Assembly: GCA_044892525.1 (NCBI GenBank)
Contig: CM097885.1
Location: forward strand, 195,610,001-195,674,000
Direction: 5' to 3'
DNA length: 64,000 nucleotides
Source: Schmidtea polychroa
Lineage: Eukaryota
The position numbers and the translations under genes are program-made. Of the stretch, positions 44,001 to 57,200 are shown piece after piece (position 1 is the stretch's first letter; each line of letters starts with the position of its first letter). The notes under the pieces were generated by a model. The model did no database searches, had not been told where the DNA came from, and worked only from the letters and a program-made list of their open reading frames with translations.

Positions 44001-47000
44001 CGTGAATAAGAACTTTTTCACCCTACCACAAATTTACTATTTCTGTGGATTTTACCCAATTTTTAATATATTAATTATACATACTACTCAAGTTCATCAA
44101 TTTAATGCCTATCTCTTGGACAATAGGATTTGCATTTACTCAAATTAGAAACCATAAGTTCATATAAACAAATAATGTGAACTCCAAAACCAATTTATAG
44201 GATTTAATAAAATCTTTTATTTTTTTGGTCACATTTGATCTGTTATAATTTTTTCATCAAACACATTAATTCTATGCAACACAAAATTTTAGCATTGTAT
44301 TGAATTAATTTTTGATTTTTTGTCAGAATGGAAATAAACAAAATATAATCATTATAAGATTGAATTTTCAAAAGTTTGATAGTAGTTTAATGGAATATTA
44401 AAAATAACTGGCATTGTTGAATTGATATAAATACATATATAATTTAAATTTATTGCAAAATTACTTTTATAATTTTATAAGCTTAGTTTATTTTAAATAT
44501 GACAAATAATTTTAAATTGATTTACTTTAATATTATTTTGATACACATAATAATTGAAACTTATTTTTATTTAATTATAAGAAATTGTTGAGTCTAATTG
44601 AGTCACTAGTAAAATCTGTCTTGATACATCTGAAATGGTTGTATTTTGAAATGTGAATGTATACGTTAGTTAAATTGATAAAGAAATTTTACAATACACC
44701 AATCCCTCGATTTACTCGGTAGATACGTTCCAAGAAACTAACGCGTAAATCGAGATTTTAAATTCATACAAAAATGATAGATAGGTTCCAGAAAATAAAA
44801 ATCTGCGTAAATCGAGACTTCGAGTTCATATAAAGTAAGGGAAGAAACTCGCGTAAAACGAGGTATAAAAATAAATAATTTTATTTTCGACATAAAGAAA
44901 ACAAAATTCATAGTAAATTAATTGAATAGTTTTCAAATGTACATACTTTTTAATATTCATTTAAATTATATTACACCTAATTCCGAAATTTAGTAACTTC
45001 TATAATCTAAAGAAAATCAATAAATTTATACTATAGGAACACACAAACTTACCTGTGTGTAGAAATTTATTGTTTATAGGAATTTTTTTTTATTTATTAT
45101 AGGAATATTTTTCCTTTCATAACTTATTTCAATTATTTTTTATTATTATTCCAGTAGATAGTAATTTTTATTTCTTATTTGATCATTTATTTGCAGATTT
45201 TGCAGATTGGAATATTATCGAAAAATATATTTTAACCAATATTTTGTCTATTTTATTTACCTGTTTACCAGAGATATGTAAATGATTAAAAAAATATTGA
45301 TTTTTAAAATTAAATTAAATTAAGTTTTTTTCATATTTGAAGTATTTGTATCAATTTTCAAAAAACATTAATATTAATTTAAAAATTCTTAATAATTTTA
45401 AATAATTTTTTCGAAAAATATCTGCTTTAATTTTGATCTAATTTATTAATCAAGAAATTGTAAATATTTAAATTGAAGTAATTTAGGGAATAGGAAAATA
45501 ATCCTTGTAATTAAAGATGGAATCGCAAACCTGTGTAATTATCAATTTTTATAAAAATTGCAACTTATCCTGATATTATTTTAAGTCATTTTTCGCTACA
45601 TTGCATAATTAAACAAGACGTTATCATATTTTGTTATTTCTATATTATTTTATGTCATTATTTTCATGGAATTGTCATTTATTATAAGATAATTTAAATT
45701 TTTGATTGAAACTGACTCCAGATGTGTTTTTTGATTAATATCAAAATAACTCTTTTAGTGAACACAACTTTAAAATTAGTAAAAAATAATCCTCAGATGA
45801 CGGGTTTCATCATTCTATTTTTGAGGGTTTTATTATGTTAATTTATATTGTATAGTAATGGAATATTTTGTAAATATTAATAATACTAGTAAAATAAATA
45901 AATATTAGTAAGTATCAGTATATTTTTCTGGGATTTGTAACAAAATCTTTTATGTGTTCATTGAACACTTGTCAGGTAGATGTGTTACAAAAATATAAAG
46001 GTTGCACGGAAAATTAATGATTATTTTAAGAATTTTATAAATCTTTTATTATTTAATATTTAGTGGTAGATGTGTGTTAGGTGTGCGCCGCACAACTAAT
46101 GAAAAATTGAAAATTTTTATTTTCTCATCTTTTGCTTTTCATATTAAAATTTTACAGCAATTTTTATTAATGGTTATGAATATTTGCTTTTTTTTAAGAA
46201 AATATAAAGTAATAGGCAGTCCATTATGTAACAATATTACCTTTTTGTTAGTTTTATATTACGCATGTGTTATCTTAAATAGTATACCTACGAAGATGTA
46301 ACCCACAGTAATACTAATACAAGTAGAATAACGTTTAACACTAACTCATTCGTGTTCATTTTATACTGACGCGCAAGTACAAAATGTTTGATGATTATCC
46401 AAACGCGCCCGTTTTAAGAAGTTAATGCTAAAACTTTATTTTTGTACTAAATTATTTATTTAGAATTTATAGTATTTAACTTATTTTTATAATGTATATT
46501 TTTTAAAAATATATAATCTTTTATGCAAAGAAACACTATTTTCAATTGAAATCTTTTAAAAAGATTTTTTCATCAAGTGGACTCTCCCTAACCATCGATT
46601 TCTGGCAACATATAACTTTTATAATTTAACATCACACATAACTTTGAAACTCACGCTTTGCCACTGCTAATAGTAAAAATAATCAAAAAATAAATAAAAT
46701 ATTTTTTTTAAATTTTCTTTTCAAATCAACTCGATGCATGTTTATGTCGCATTCAATTTCTGATCCGTTTCAACTGCTGAAATTTTTAATTTGAGGTTTT
46801 TGCAAAAATCTCAATTTTTGTTAAATTATATGCACATGGAAAACAATTTCCATTTTTCAATATTACCATTGAATAGTAAAAACAATTATATCTATCTAAG
46901 GAAACCATATTCAACTGTTTTTTTTTGAAAATTCTTGATCTCTTCTTTTTGTTTTATTATAAAGTTTATAATATATTCAACAATAAAATGAAAAACTTAA

Positions 47001-50000
47001 AACCAAATGCGCATGTTTGTATAATACAATTAATAATTTTCTAATGTATTTTTGTGGATATTTTCTTTATAATACTTAATTAAAAATATTTTTTTAATTC
47101 AAAATGAAAAATGCTGGTATTTTAAATATTTATTTTTTCAATTATATAACTTTAAAAACTCATTAAAACTTTTTATTTCTAATATGGCAAAACATCACAT
47201 AGTCTGCGATAATAGACGATGGAATCTGTAATAGGCATCACTCATAAGCGGGTGATGCCGGCGATGCAAATTACCGGGGCCCGCGATATAATCATATTTG
47301 CATTTTTATATAATTAAATAATTTTATTAATCTAAGTTTGTGATAATTTAAGTTTATATGTAATAAATAGTAATAAATAGGATAACTAAAACAAATGTTT
47401 TTTTTAATAATATATCAGTTTGTAATTGCAAAGAGGGCCCGTACTCACGAATTGCATCGGGGGCCCGGCCTTGCTCTCGACGGCCATTGTAATGGGAATA
47501 TTATGAATAGTATATTTTATTTAAAGTAGTAAAATGGTAAATAAAACATAAATATTGTCATTATTATACGATGTTTATCAACACACAAAACCTTTTAATC
47601 GACATATAAAAAATAATCTGTAATTTTTGGCTTCCTTCTTTGATTTTAAAATTTATTTGATCCTAAGGGTCAATGGGAATATATTTTCCAGAGATCTCAG
47701 GAAAATATCCAAATTGTTATTTATATTCTAATTTTTTCATCTTTCTGATTATTGAAGCCTTTTCATGAATATTTGAAGGCATCAAATTAATAAAGAAATC
47801 AAATCAATAAAACAAACATTGAAATTTTAATTTGTTTAAAAATTAAAAATTTGTCGAAATTATAAAATATTCACAATTAAGAAATTTCATAACTTAGGGT
47901 GGTCATCTAAAAGAACTTTTGAGTGGATTAAAAAATTATGCAATAAATTACATATTAAAATAATTCAAAAAACATTTAATAAAATTACTCTATTCTAATA
48001 ATTTTTTTGATATTTAAATTCCAAACTATATAGATTATATGTATAATTTAATTTTAAATAATTTCTCAAAAAAATCGATAATATAATTAATATTAAGTCA
48101 ATAAAATGTTTTTATTTAGTTAATGCATTAGGATTTTTTATTAATATTTTCATATTAATAATATTATTTTTCATATTAATAACAAACTCTATGTAAAGAT
48201 CTGGCTTTGTGATCTCAACAGATTTATTAATCAAAGCATTTTGACATGTGTTGCTTTAATTGTTTCTTTAAAAAATTGAATCTAACGCTAGAAGATCAAC
48301 TTGTTTGAAAAGTACTTCCATAAATATTCTAGTACTAAATTATTGCTAAATTACCACATATTAGAGAAACAAAATGCCAGTTCTTACAAAATGGACTCAT
48401 ATTTTTTTACAAAATCTATATTCCGAAACAACTTATTTTAATTCTAATTATGAATAAAATTATTCAATAAAATTAATTATATATATTTATACTCTGCACC
48501 ATTATTTAATTAATTAATTAAACACTGTAATTAAATAAACATTGTAGACTTTATTAATAATAATCGCCATCCATACATCTTTTTCACTATATATTTCGAT
48601 AGCATCACTATCATCGTCAGGTTACCTACATACACGAGAGATGAATAACTATATAATATTGATAATTTATAAACAAATTATTAATGTAAGTAATGTAGCT
48701 AACCTGACAATGATAATGATGCTATCGAAATATGTAGTGATAAAGTTGTACGAATGGTGATTTTTAAACAATTAAAGTTGATCAAATAAGAGAGCGCCGA
48801 GAATTTGTATGTAGTTAGAATTTATTGATCTCATGATTTCAGAAAATTATTAGAAAAAGAATAAAAGCAAATTAAAAAGGTTATTTATTTAATATGAAAT
48901 CACTTCAATGTTTTATTTTAAAATATAAATTAGCTCTCAGTCTATCGTTTAAATCAAAAATTTACTTTTTTTAAAAAATGTAAATTTCAGAAAATATATC
49001 TGTATTACACGGTTAAATGCAATATTTATTAAAAAACGCCGGACTGTAGTAAATGTCACTAGAATATTCAGGTAATATTTATAAGATAAAACCACTCCCA
49101 AACTTATATGTCTGATTTTTAGTTTAAGAAACAAAATTAAATTTTATTACTATTTTTACAAGTATTTTACAAATATTTATGATAATTGGATAAGTTATAT
49201 TTAGAGTAAGGACTCGTTAAAAAGAAGTCAAAATGAATATTTTTTCTTGTAGCGAATCTAATAAATATTTAATTTACAGTACAAGTAACTGATATATTCT
49301 CAATATGAATTTTGACACAGTAAACCCACTTACATCCTAATAAAATACTCCCTCTGTCCAAAAATGATAGTCCAGTTGTATTTTATAGCAGTTGCATTTA
49401 GTACAGAATAACACAAAACTGGCGCCAAAATGTTGTTTAAAAAAAATAAAATTTTTTTTATTGAAAATCTATGGCTTAAAGTTAATATCAATCTATTTTC
49501 GATGATACTGAATAAGATTATACAATCTGTTTTAAGTAATTTTGAGTGGTTACAAAGAAATTACGATTTAAAGTCAAACTGGACTATCACTTTTGGACAG
49601 AGGGAGTACTTGTCAATACTTATAACATTTTATCTTAACTATCCTTCATCAATAATTGTTGTAATTTCCGTGCAAGTAAATTACCATTTTATTTTCTTGT
49701 AAAGTTTTTATTTAAATTATTAATAATCTATTGAAAGTTGTAAGGACTTGAAATTGCAACAATAAAGAAAACTCATTCCTTACCTTGAACTTATATTTTG
49801 TTAAAATCTTTAATATTTTAAAGAAAATTACGTCGAATTAATTTTTTTAATATTTTTAAATTTGATGTTGTTGTTAAGAGAATTGAAATTGTAAGTTATT
49901 AAAAAATAAATTCATATTTTGATTAATAATATGAGAGTTAAAAAATATGATTTTTAGTAAAATATTTTAAATTTTAATTCACTATCTATTAACAATTGTG

Positions 50001-53000
50001 TATTGTTTAAAATGAATGCAAAAAGATTTAAAATTGGTTTAACATTTTATTGATATGCTCACTTGTTAAAGTTTGTACAAAAATACAGTGATAGCTTTCT
50101 GTTTTATAAAGAAATTATTCATGCCCAATCTTTGGAACTGTGATGGTTCATTAACAACTTTATTTTTATTTTAGTAATAATTGTTATTTTAAAATTATAT
50201 TTGCCATCAACGTGACTTTGAAACACTCAAAGATGTTAGATATCAAATTTGTCGACACAATTTCTCCTTGCAGTTTTATTATAAATTAAATCTTCAACAT
50301 CTCTATATTCAGTAATTTGTTTCAACGAAAAAAGTAGAGACTTCAAAGAAAATAACAAAATTACTAATATATTAAATGAAAATATTTGTAAAGATTCTTT
50401 ATTATGTGTTTTTTAATCTTTAAAAAATGTTAAGAGATAATAATATATTATTCATTGATCATCCATTCTATAAAATTGGACTGCTCAAAACTTTGTCAGT
50501 AAAATCTTTAATATTGTTCACCAATCATGAAATATTTTTAATTTTTTTTGTTTTGTATAATATTCAAACTTTTTTTTAGTTTGAATTTATTGATCTTTTG
50601 TCATATGAAAAAGGAAGAGAAAAGAAATTATTCAAAAATGTATTCACAAATTTGGAAAAACTTTAGTTAAAAATGTAAAAAATAGGTGTTGGTCCGTCAA
50701 TTACTAAATTAATCATATTAGTTACTTATAAAATGGCCTCAAGTTGCAAATATTTTATATCAAGAATAAATGTAAATTCCTTAATGAGTATGTTAATATA
50801 AATTTTCTAAATAAAATTACTTTGATCTTATTAGTATTTCTCCAGAGATTTATCGCTTATTTTAATTTTAAACTACGGAATTACACGAGATTTTGTTTAA
50901 ATCAATATTTAAAATTATTAATAATTTTTTTTATTTAAATTGTTTATTAATTTTTGTAATTTATTAAATATTAAATTTATTAATTAACTGTAAATAAATG
51001 ATAAAAATTCTAAATTTTTTAAAATTTAAGGTTTGCAATAAATTTTTTTCTGTAAAAAAAATAATTTAGATATTTATTTAGTTGAAGTAAAAAATATTAA
51101 AAATAGTTAAAATTAATTAATTGTGTTAAATAGATAAAAAAAATCAATAAATTACAATTAGAAACAAGTGAAAAGAATAGATAGTAATAAATGATAAACT
51201 ACTGGTAATATTTTTAAATCTAATAAATATTTTTTTGGATTTCGTATCATTAGTATATCTCATTCTGAAATCCCTGATCCCAAAATATGAGTCTGATATG
51301 TTTTCCTTCTGTGCAGCTCTGAGTATAATGGGTATAAGAAAGTAAGTGTTTTAAAGTATTTAAAATTTAAAAGAATAGTTTTTTCAAAATCATGTTTAGA
51401 AAGAAAATTTTTTAACGAAATGAGATTTTTACAGATGAAAAGAATTTTGACCAAAATGTCCTAAGATATAATATACTTCATTATATTTTAAGTGGTTTTC
51501 AAACTTTAATCATAAATTAATGTCGTTTTTGAAGATAAAAATAATTTATGAAATATTAATGAAAAAATAAAACTCTTAAAAGTATACCAATGTGCTTACA
51601 TTTATCGTTCTTTTTTTACATTAACATTCTTTTTATGATAAAATTTAATAATTTAATTTGTAATAAAATTAATCAATTACTATCGAAAAAAAAGTAAAAA
51701 ATATTATATTCAATCAATGTTGAAATAAATTAAAGATTTATTGTCAAAACTATTAATTTTATTAAAAATAGAGAAATATTCATCAAGTTAATTACCTAAA
51801 GTAAAATAGTAAATAATTTATTATCGAAAGAATAAACGAAGATCAAATGAACATTTTACGAAATCTAGTAGTTTGTTTATAATAAATGGTGTTTGTGTTC
51901 AATTTATATGGAACCATGAAAATATATTTTATAAATTTCTCTTTTAAAAATATTTACCGCTTAACTTTGATTAAAGAAATCTCTGGTGGAATTTTCGTCG
52001 AGTGAAATTACACAAATTACGCAATATTCACGTTAGATTTGTATTGTCGGACTGTTGAATAGATTTACGCAAAATTAAAACAAAAAGACAAAAGAATGGT
52101 TGAGAAAATTTATCAAAAACAATTGAATTATTTCTCAATGGATAATAATTTAAAGCTTAATTAAAAACCCATTAGAATAATCAGGCAATTCATTATCTTT
52201 TCTTGTTTTAACTGTAACAAGATTTTTAATTACTGCAGTTGAGTTAGATGATCCAATAAGAATGTGACAACATTATTGCTATTTCTGTGGAATTGGACGA
52301 AATTTCTGTTAGATAGATTAATGTCAGAACGAAGAAATTTTCAAATAAATATTTTTCACAACACTGACCGACTTTTTATTAACTGAATAATTGGGGAAAA
52401 TCGTGAATAATTATCGAAATTTGAATTTCAAAGCTTTATTTCTCAAAATTCATTACAATATATAANNNNNNNNNNNNNNNNNNNNNNNNNNNNNNNNNNN
52501 NNNNNNNNNNNNNNNNNNNNNNNNNNNNNNNNNNNNNNNNNNNNNNNNNNNNNNNNNNNNNNNNNNNNNNNNNNNNNNNNNNNNNNNNNNNNNNNNNNNN
52601 NNNNNNNNNNNNNNNNNNNNNNNNNNNNNNNNNNNNNNNNNNNNNNNNNNNNNNNNNNNNNNNNNNNNNNNNNNNNNNNNNNNNNNNNNNNNNNNNNNNN
52701 NNNNNNNNNNNNNNAGGTCATATGCATTAATTTTATTGTACGCTGGAATGAATGTAGGTTTTACGATAAGGCATTTTTGGTAAATTAAATTAACTTTATG
52801 CTCAAGTTTTTTGTACAATGGTTTGTATTTTTTAAGCAGAATATAATTTGAAATTTGATTATAGTTTTTCTCATTTTCTTTTTAAATGAAATTTGAATAA
52901 GAAAAATGCAGAAATCTTCGAAAAAGTATTTTAAGAAATTTGAAACCCTTGAAATTAACAAATTTGTTTAAGTTTAACTCGCTATCCATTTTACTAATAT

Positions 53001-53661
53001 TTTATATTGGAAGATACAAATGCTATCAAGATTTTATATTTTGCAATTGTCATTTTTATTGCAATCTTTTTTACACTGGGCTGGATTTACCAGAAGAACA
53101 ACAACAATTTTGATATTTATAAACGAGTGATTAAAATTAAAACTAATTATGGTTATAAGTTTATAAAAGCAGAAAAAAACGGAAAACTAGGATTTTGAGA
53201 AAAGACGTGAATTATTTTTAAATAAAAAAGTTATAAATGTGAAATTAAAATTAATTCTTTTAAAGTTTTCTGGAGTTTTACAATAAAAGTTTTCATATAT
53301 TTAGAGTATATTTGAAAATATATAATTAAAACCAAATTGCGTATTTATAATAATTGTCCTGAAATTTTAGAATTAATAATTTTTTGCAATTCCATAATTT
53401 TATTTGAAAATATTTCTTTCCAAATTTGTGTAAATATTTACTAAATATAATTTCGTTAATTTATGCTAATATCTCTTACTTCTGCAAATTGCCAATTTCG
53501 GCAATTTGGGTATATTGCCTGAAAAATAATAAAATTTTAATCTTGTCAAAATTCAGCATTTGACGAGACATTTTTATTCTCTTTGGATAGAACAAAATAT
53601 AATGCCTTTACTTTGTCTTTAGAGTTTGTTGTTTATAAAAGATTTCTTTAAATTTTTTAAC

Positions 53662-53696
<35 letters not shown>

Positions 53697-54132
53697 TTTC
53701 AATCAAAATCTTAGCTTTGACTAAAATTTAAAATTTGACTTTGATTTAAAATTTGTCTTTTTTTAAGATGCTTTTAAAATATAAATTATTATAATTAGAT
53801 TAAATTTAAGTAAATAAAAACTTAACAACTTTTAGGAGTTAAAATACATTTATATTTAATAAGTTATAATGTTTTTATTTTTTTTTTAAATGAGTAATAT
53901 AAGATTTCCTATTTTCTGTTTGACTTAATTTTTAGTTTAAATTTAAAAAATTTTATTTATTTCATTTAATCAAAATTTTAAACCAATGAAAATGAATTGA
54001 AAAGAAAGATAAAAAAGCATTTGAAAATTGCAACAGTGGAATTCTGAGAATTTGAAAAAGATAATATAATAATCTAAATATTTTTCACTTAATATACAAT
54101 TATTTGCAAGACCTATCTTATCATATACTTGT

Positions 54133-54213
<81 letters not shown>

Positions 54214-57200
54214 TTAAATAATTAATTTCAAGAAATTAGAATATCATTAATATTATTAATTAATTATTATAATTTACTGAATGCTTCTTTATATCATTTA
54301 TTAGGAAGCCTTAAGTCAAATTAATTTCAATGTGAGCTAAGAGACAATGCTTAATTTTAACTGAGTATCCGATAAATTATTGTTGATAAAAGGCCCCACT
54401 GATAAAATAGACACTGAAATAGCTCTCAATGAATAGATTTGTTGTTGCAATTAATGGAAGATTTTCATTTATCGCTCCAGCAATTGCTAATGTGGATGTG
54501 ACAATTCTATTTTTCTATTTCAAAAAAAAGTCTTAAATGAGATTGAAAACTAATTTTGGTAAAATAAATTTGTAGATATGAAAGCAATGGATTATTTTGA
54601 CAATTAAAACATTTTTAGCCGACGCTGATCGTGTATATTTTTATTATTATTGCTATAGAAATTTGTTTGTTATAATTGTGTTGACTTGAATTTATTAAAT
54701 GTATTAACTCACTTTTTTGCGACTTCTTAAATTGACATAGACCCCGTCGATGGAAATTTTAAAGTAGACTCGTTCCTTTTTCACGGCTTTCGCTTTGAAT
54801 TCAAACTGAAATTAAAAGTTGGCTTAAATTTTAATAAAATTATTTTCTTACAAAAATATCATAAGTAATAAAATTAATATTTTTAAAAGATTTTATTGGA
54901 TAATTTTAAATTAATTTTTTTAGTTTTCTATTTGAACATTTATCTGTGAAAAAATAGAATTTGTTATATTTTATAAATAAAAGCTTTATTGTAAATTTCA
55001 TTTCACTGAATGGATTTAACTAGGAATTTAATTAAATTAATTTTACAAAAATTACGAATGAAAATTATAAATGAAAATTGTAAATTGAAAATCTCAACTG
55101 GAATAAGATTATAATATGTCCATGATTATATAAATAAAATCAAGGTGGTTATATATGAACAAAAACAAGGGACCTAGATGACTACTCCCCTTGCTAGATG
55201 GTCTGTCCTAAGAGAAAGATTATTTTATGTTTACTGCTTTTCAAAATAAAAAAAATATTGTAGTTGAATTTGGATTCCTGAGTTAAGTAAATCCAAGATT
55301 TAGTAATAGAGTTTCTGTTCTTTCGACGTTTTGTATTTCTCGAAATGAAATTTCCCGAGAAATCGAGAAAGTTTTAAGACAATGTCGAGCGAAGAAGTTT
55401 TTAAAACTAGTCTAAACTTATAAATTCCTTTGAAAATTTTAATTTAACTTTTTCAAACTATGTCCAAGGAGGAAAATGAAACTTAATCATATTTTAATAT
55501 TTAAAATTCATGAACTAACCGATTTAAACAAATAAGTATTCTATTATTTATCATAAAGCATTCCTTTTTTATTGTTAATAAAAACAAAAANNNNNNNNNN
55601 NNNNNNNNNNNNNNNNNNNNNNNNNNNNNNNNNNNNNNNNNNNNNNNNNNNNNNNNNNNNNNNNNNNNNNNNNNNNNNNNNNNNNNNNNNNNNNNNNNNN
55701 NNNNNNNNNNNNNNNNNNNNNNNNNNNNNNNNNNATTTAAATTATTTGTCAAGCTTACAGTAATATTTTTCAGTCAAAAAAGTTTTCTTCAATCTTGCAA
55801 CTACTTCAACTCTATTAAACCCATTTTTGAATGTTTTGTCTCTCTCAAGACCTTTATATAAACAAAATTATTTTAGAAAATATTTCATTAAAATAATTGC
55901 AAAAACAAGATTTTAAAAGTTATTTTAAAAAGTAAATATCATTTAAATTCAGAATTTTACCCATTGTTTTTTATGTATTATTTTAAAAGCAAAAATTGAC
56001 TTAAAAAAGATTTTCCGTCGATGTGCTTTTAAACAAAAATGTACCTAATTAATGCAGTTTTTTGAATTATTTCTCCTCCTGGTCTTTGAAGATATTTAGC
56101 CAATTAAGAAGAAATATTTTTCATTTTCTTTGTTTTACGACGATAATGATTGCTCATATTTTCCACTCCCCATTTTTTATAGAATACTTAGAAATTAATG
56201 TGTTAACAAAAAGTCATTTACTCTGGTGTTTTAATTACAAAATTAATTTATGTTACATAAACAAGAAGACTGGAATTTTCAAACCCAGCTACAATAGAAA
56301 TGCCTTTTTCCAATATTTTTAAAAAAGATTTTAAAAGATAAAAAACATATTTCAATTTCTTTTTCTTCATTTCAAGTTATAGATTTATCATGATTTTTTG
56401 GCATGGTCTTTTTAAAGTATCTGTAAAAAAGGGCTGTTTTGTAAATGCAGTTTTAATAAAAAATATTGATTTAAAATCTAAAATGAAAATAAAACAAAAT
56501 TGAAAATGAAAATAATCGTTTAGTGTTGGAAAGTAAAACACAATGTGTGATTTTTTTGGAAATTTAAAATGGCAAATATGAAATTGTTTTTATCCAAATA
56601 TTTTAAACCCATTATTTCACTGTTGATGTTAGATTGCTTTTATTTTAGAAATTTAGGTTTGTATGTTTTAAGGGTTTCCTTTCGTTTAGTTTGATTATAT
56701 TTGAGAGACGTTTTCCTGATTTTATACCGTCGGTCGAGAAAAAGGCTGTATGTTGTTTGATGAAAGATAAGGTTGATGCAGTTATTGATGCAGTGACTGC
56801 AACGCTGAACTCTGGTGCTATATTTTTAAAAACATCATACGGAATTAAAATTTAAACAAAACATTTATTTTTGACATAAATTAATTAATAATAATCAGTT
56901 ATTATTTTCTGCAAGAAAAAAAAAGTTTTTTTAACCAAAATTAATACTCCCTCTGTCCAAAAATGGTAGTGCAGTTTGACTTTAAATCGTTATTTCTTTT
57001 ATATTCAACAGTGATACTTAAAATGCAGTTTTGTTATTTGTTCAATCAATAAAATAAAATTATTTAATGTGTTTTTACTGTAAAAGGTTTTACAAAACCG
57101 TTCAATTTTTAATATTCTCTATTGACAATCATTTTGGGAAAAAGGCTAAAATGCAAATGGATTATTATTTTTGGACAGAGGGAATAAAAGATATTGTGCA

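Noticed and set aside
44757-44769. YEFK-coding sequence initially considered for the CAPON exon
   Set aside because: It lies inside a Tigger-like remnant; the true exon is at 54805-54713.
46070-46096. tgtgtgttaggtgtgcgccgcaca resembling the cassette hairpin
   Set aside because: Too degenerate; no CGCGTC arms and no convincing downstream ORF.
53007-53198. Short ORF with a transmembrane-like segment
   Set aside because: TTG start and AT-driven hydrophobic bias; no homology recognised.
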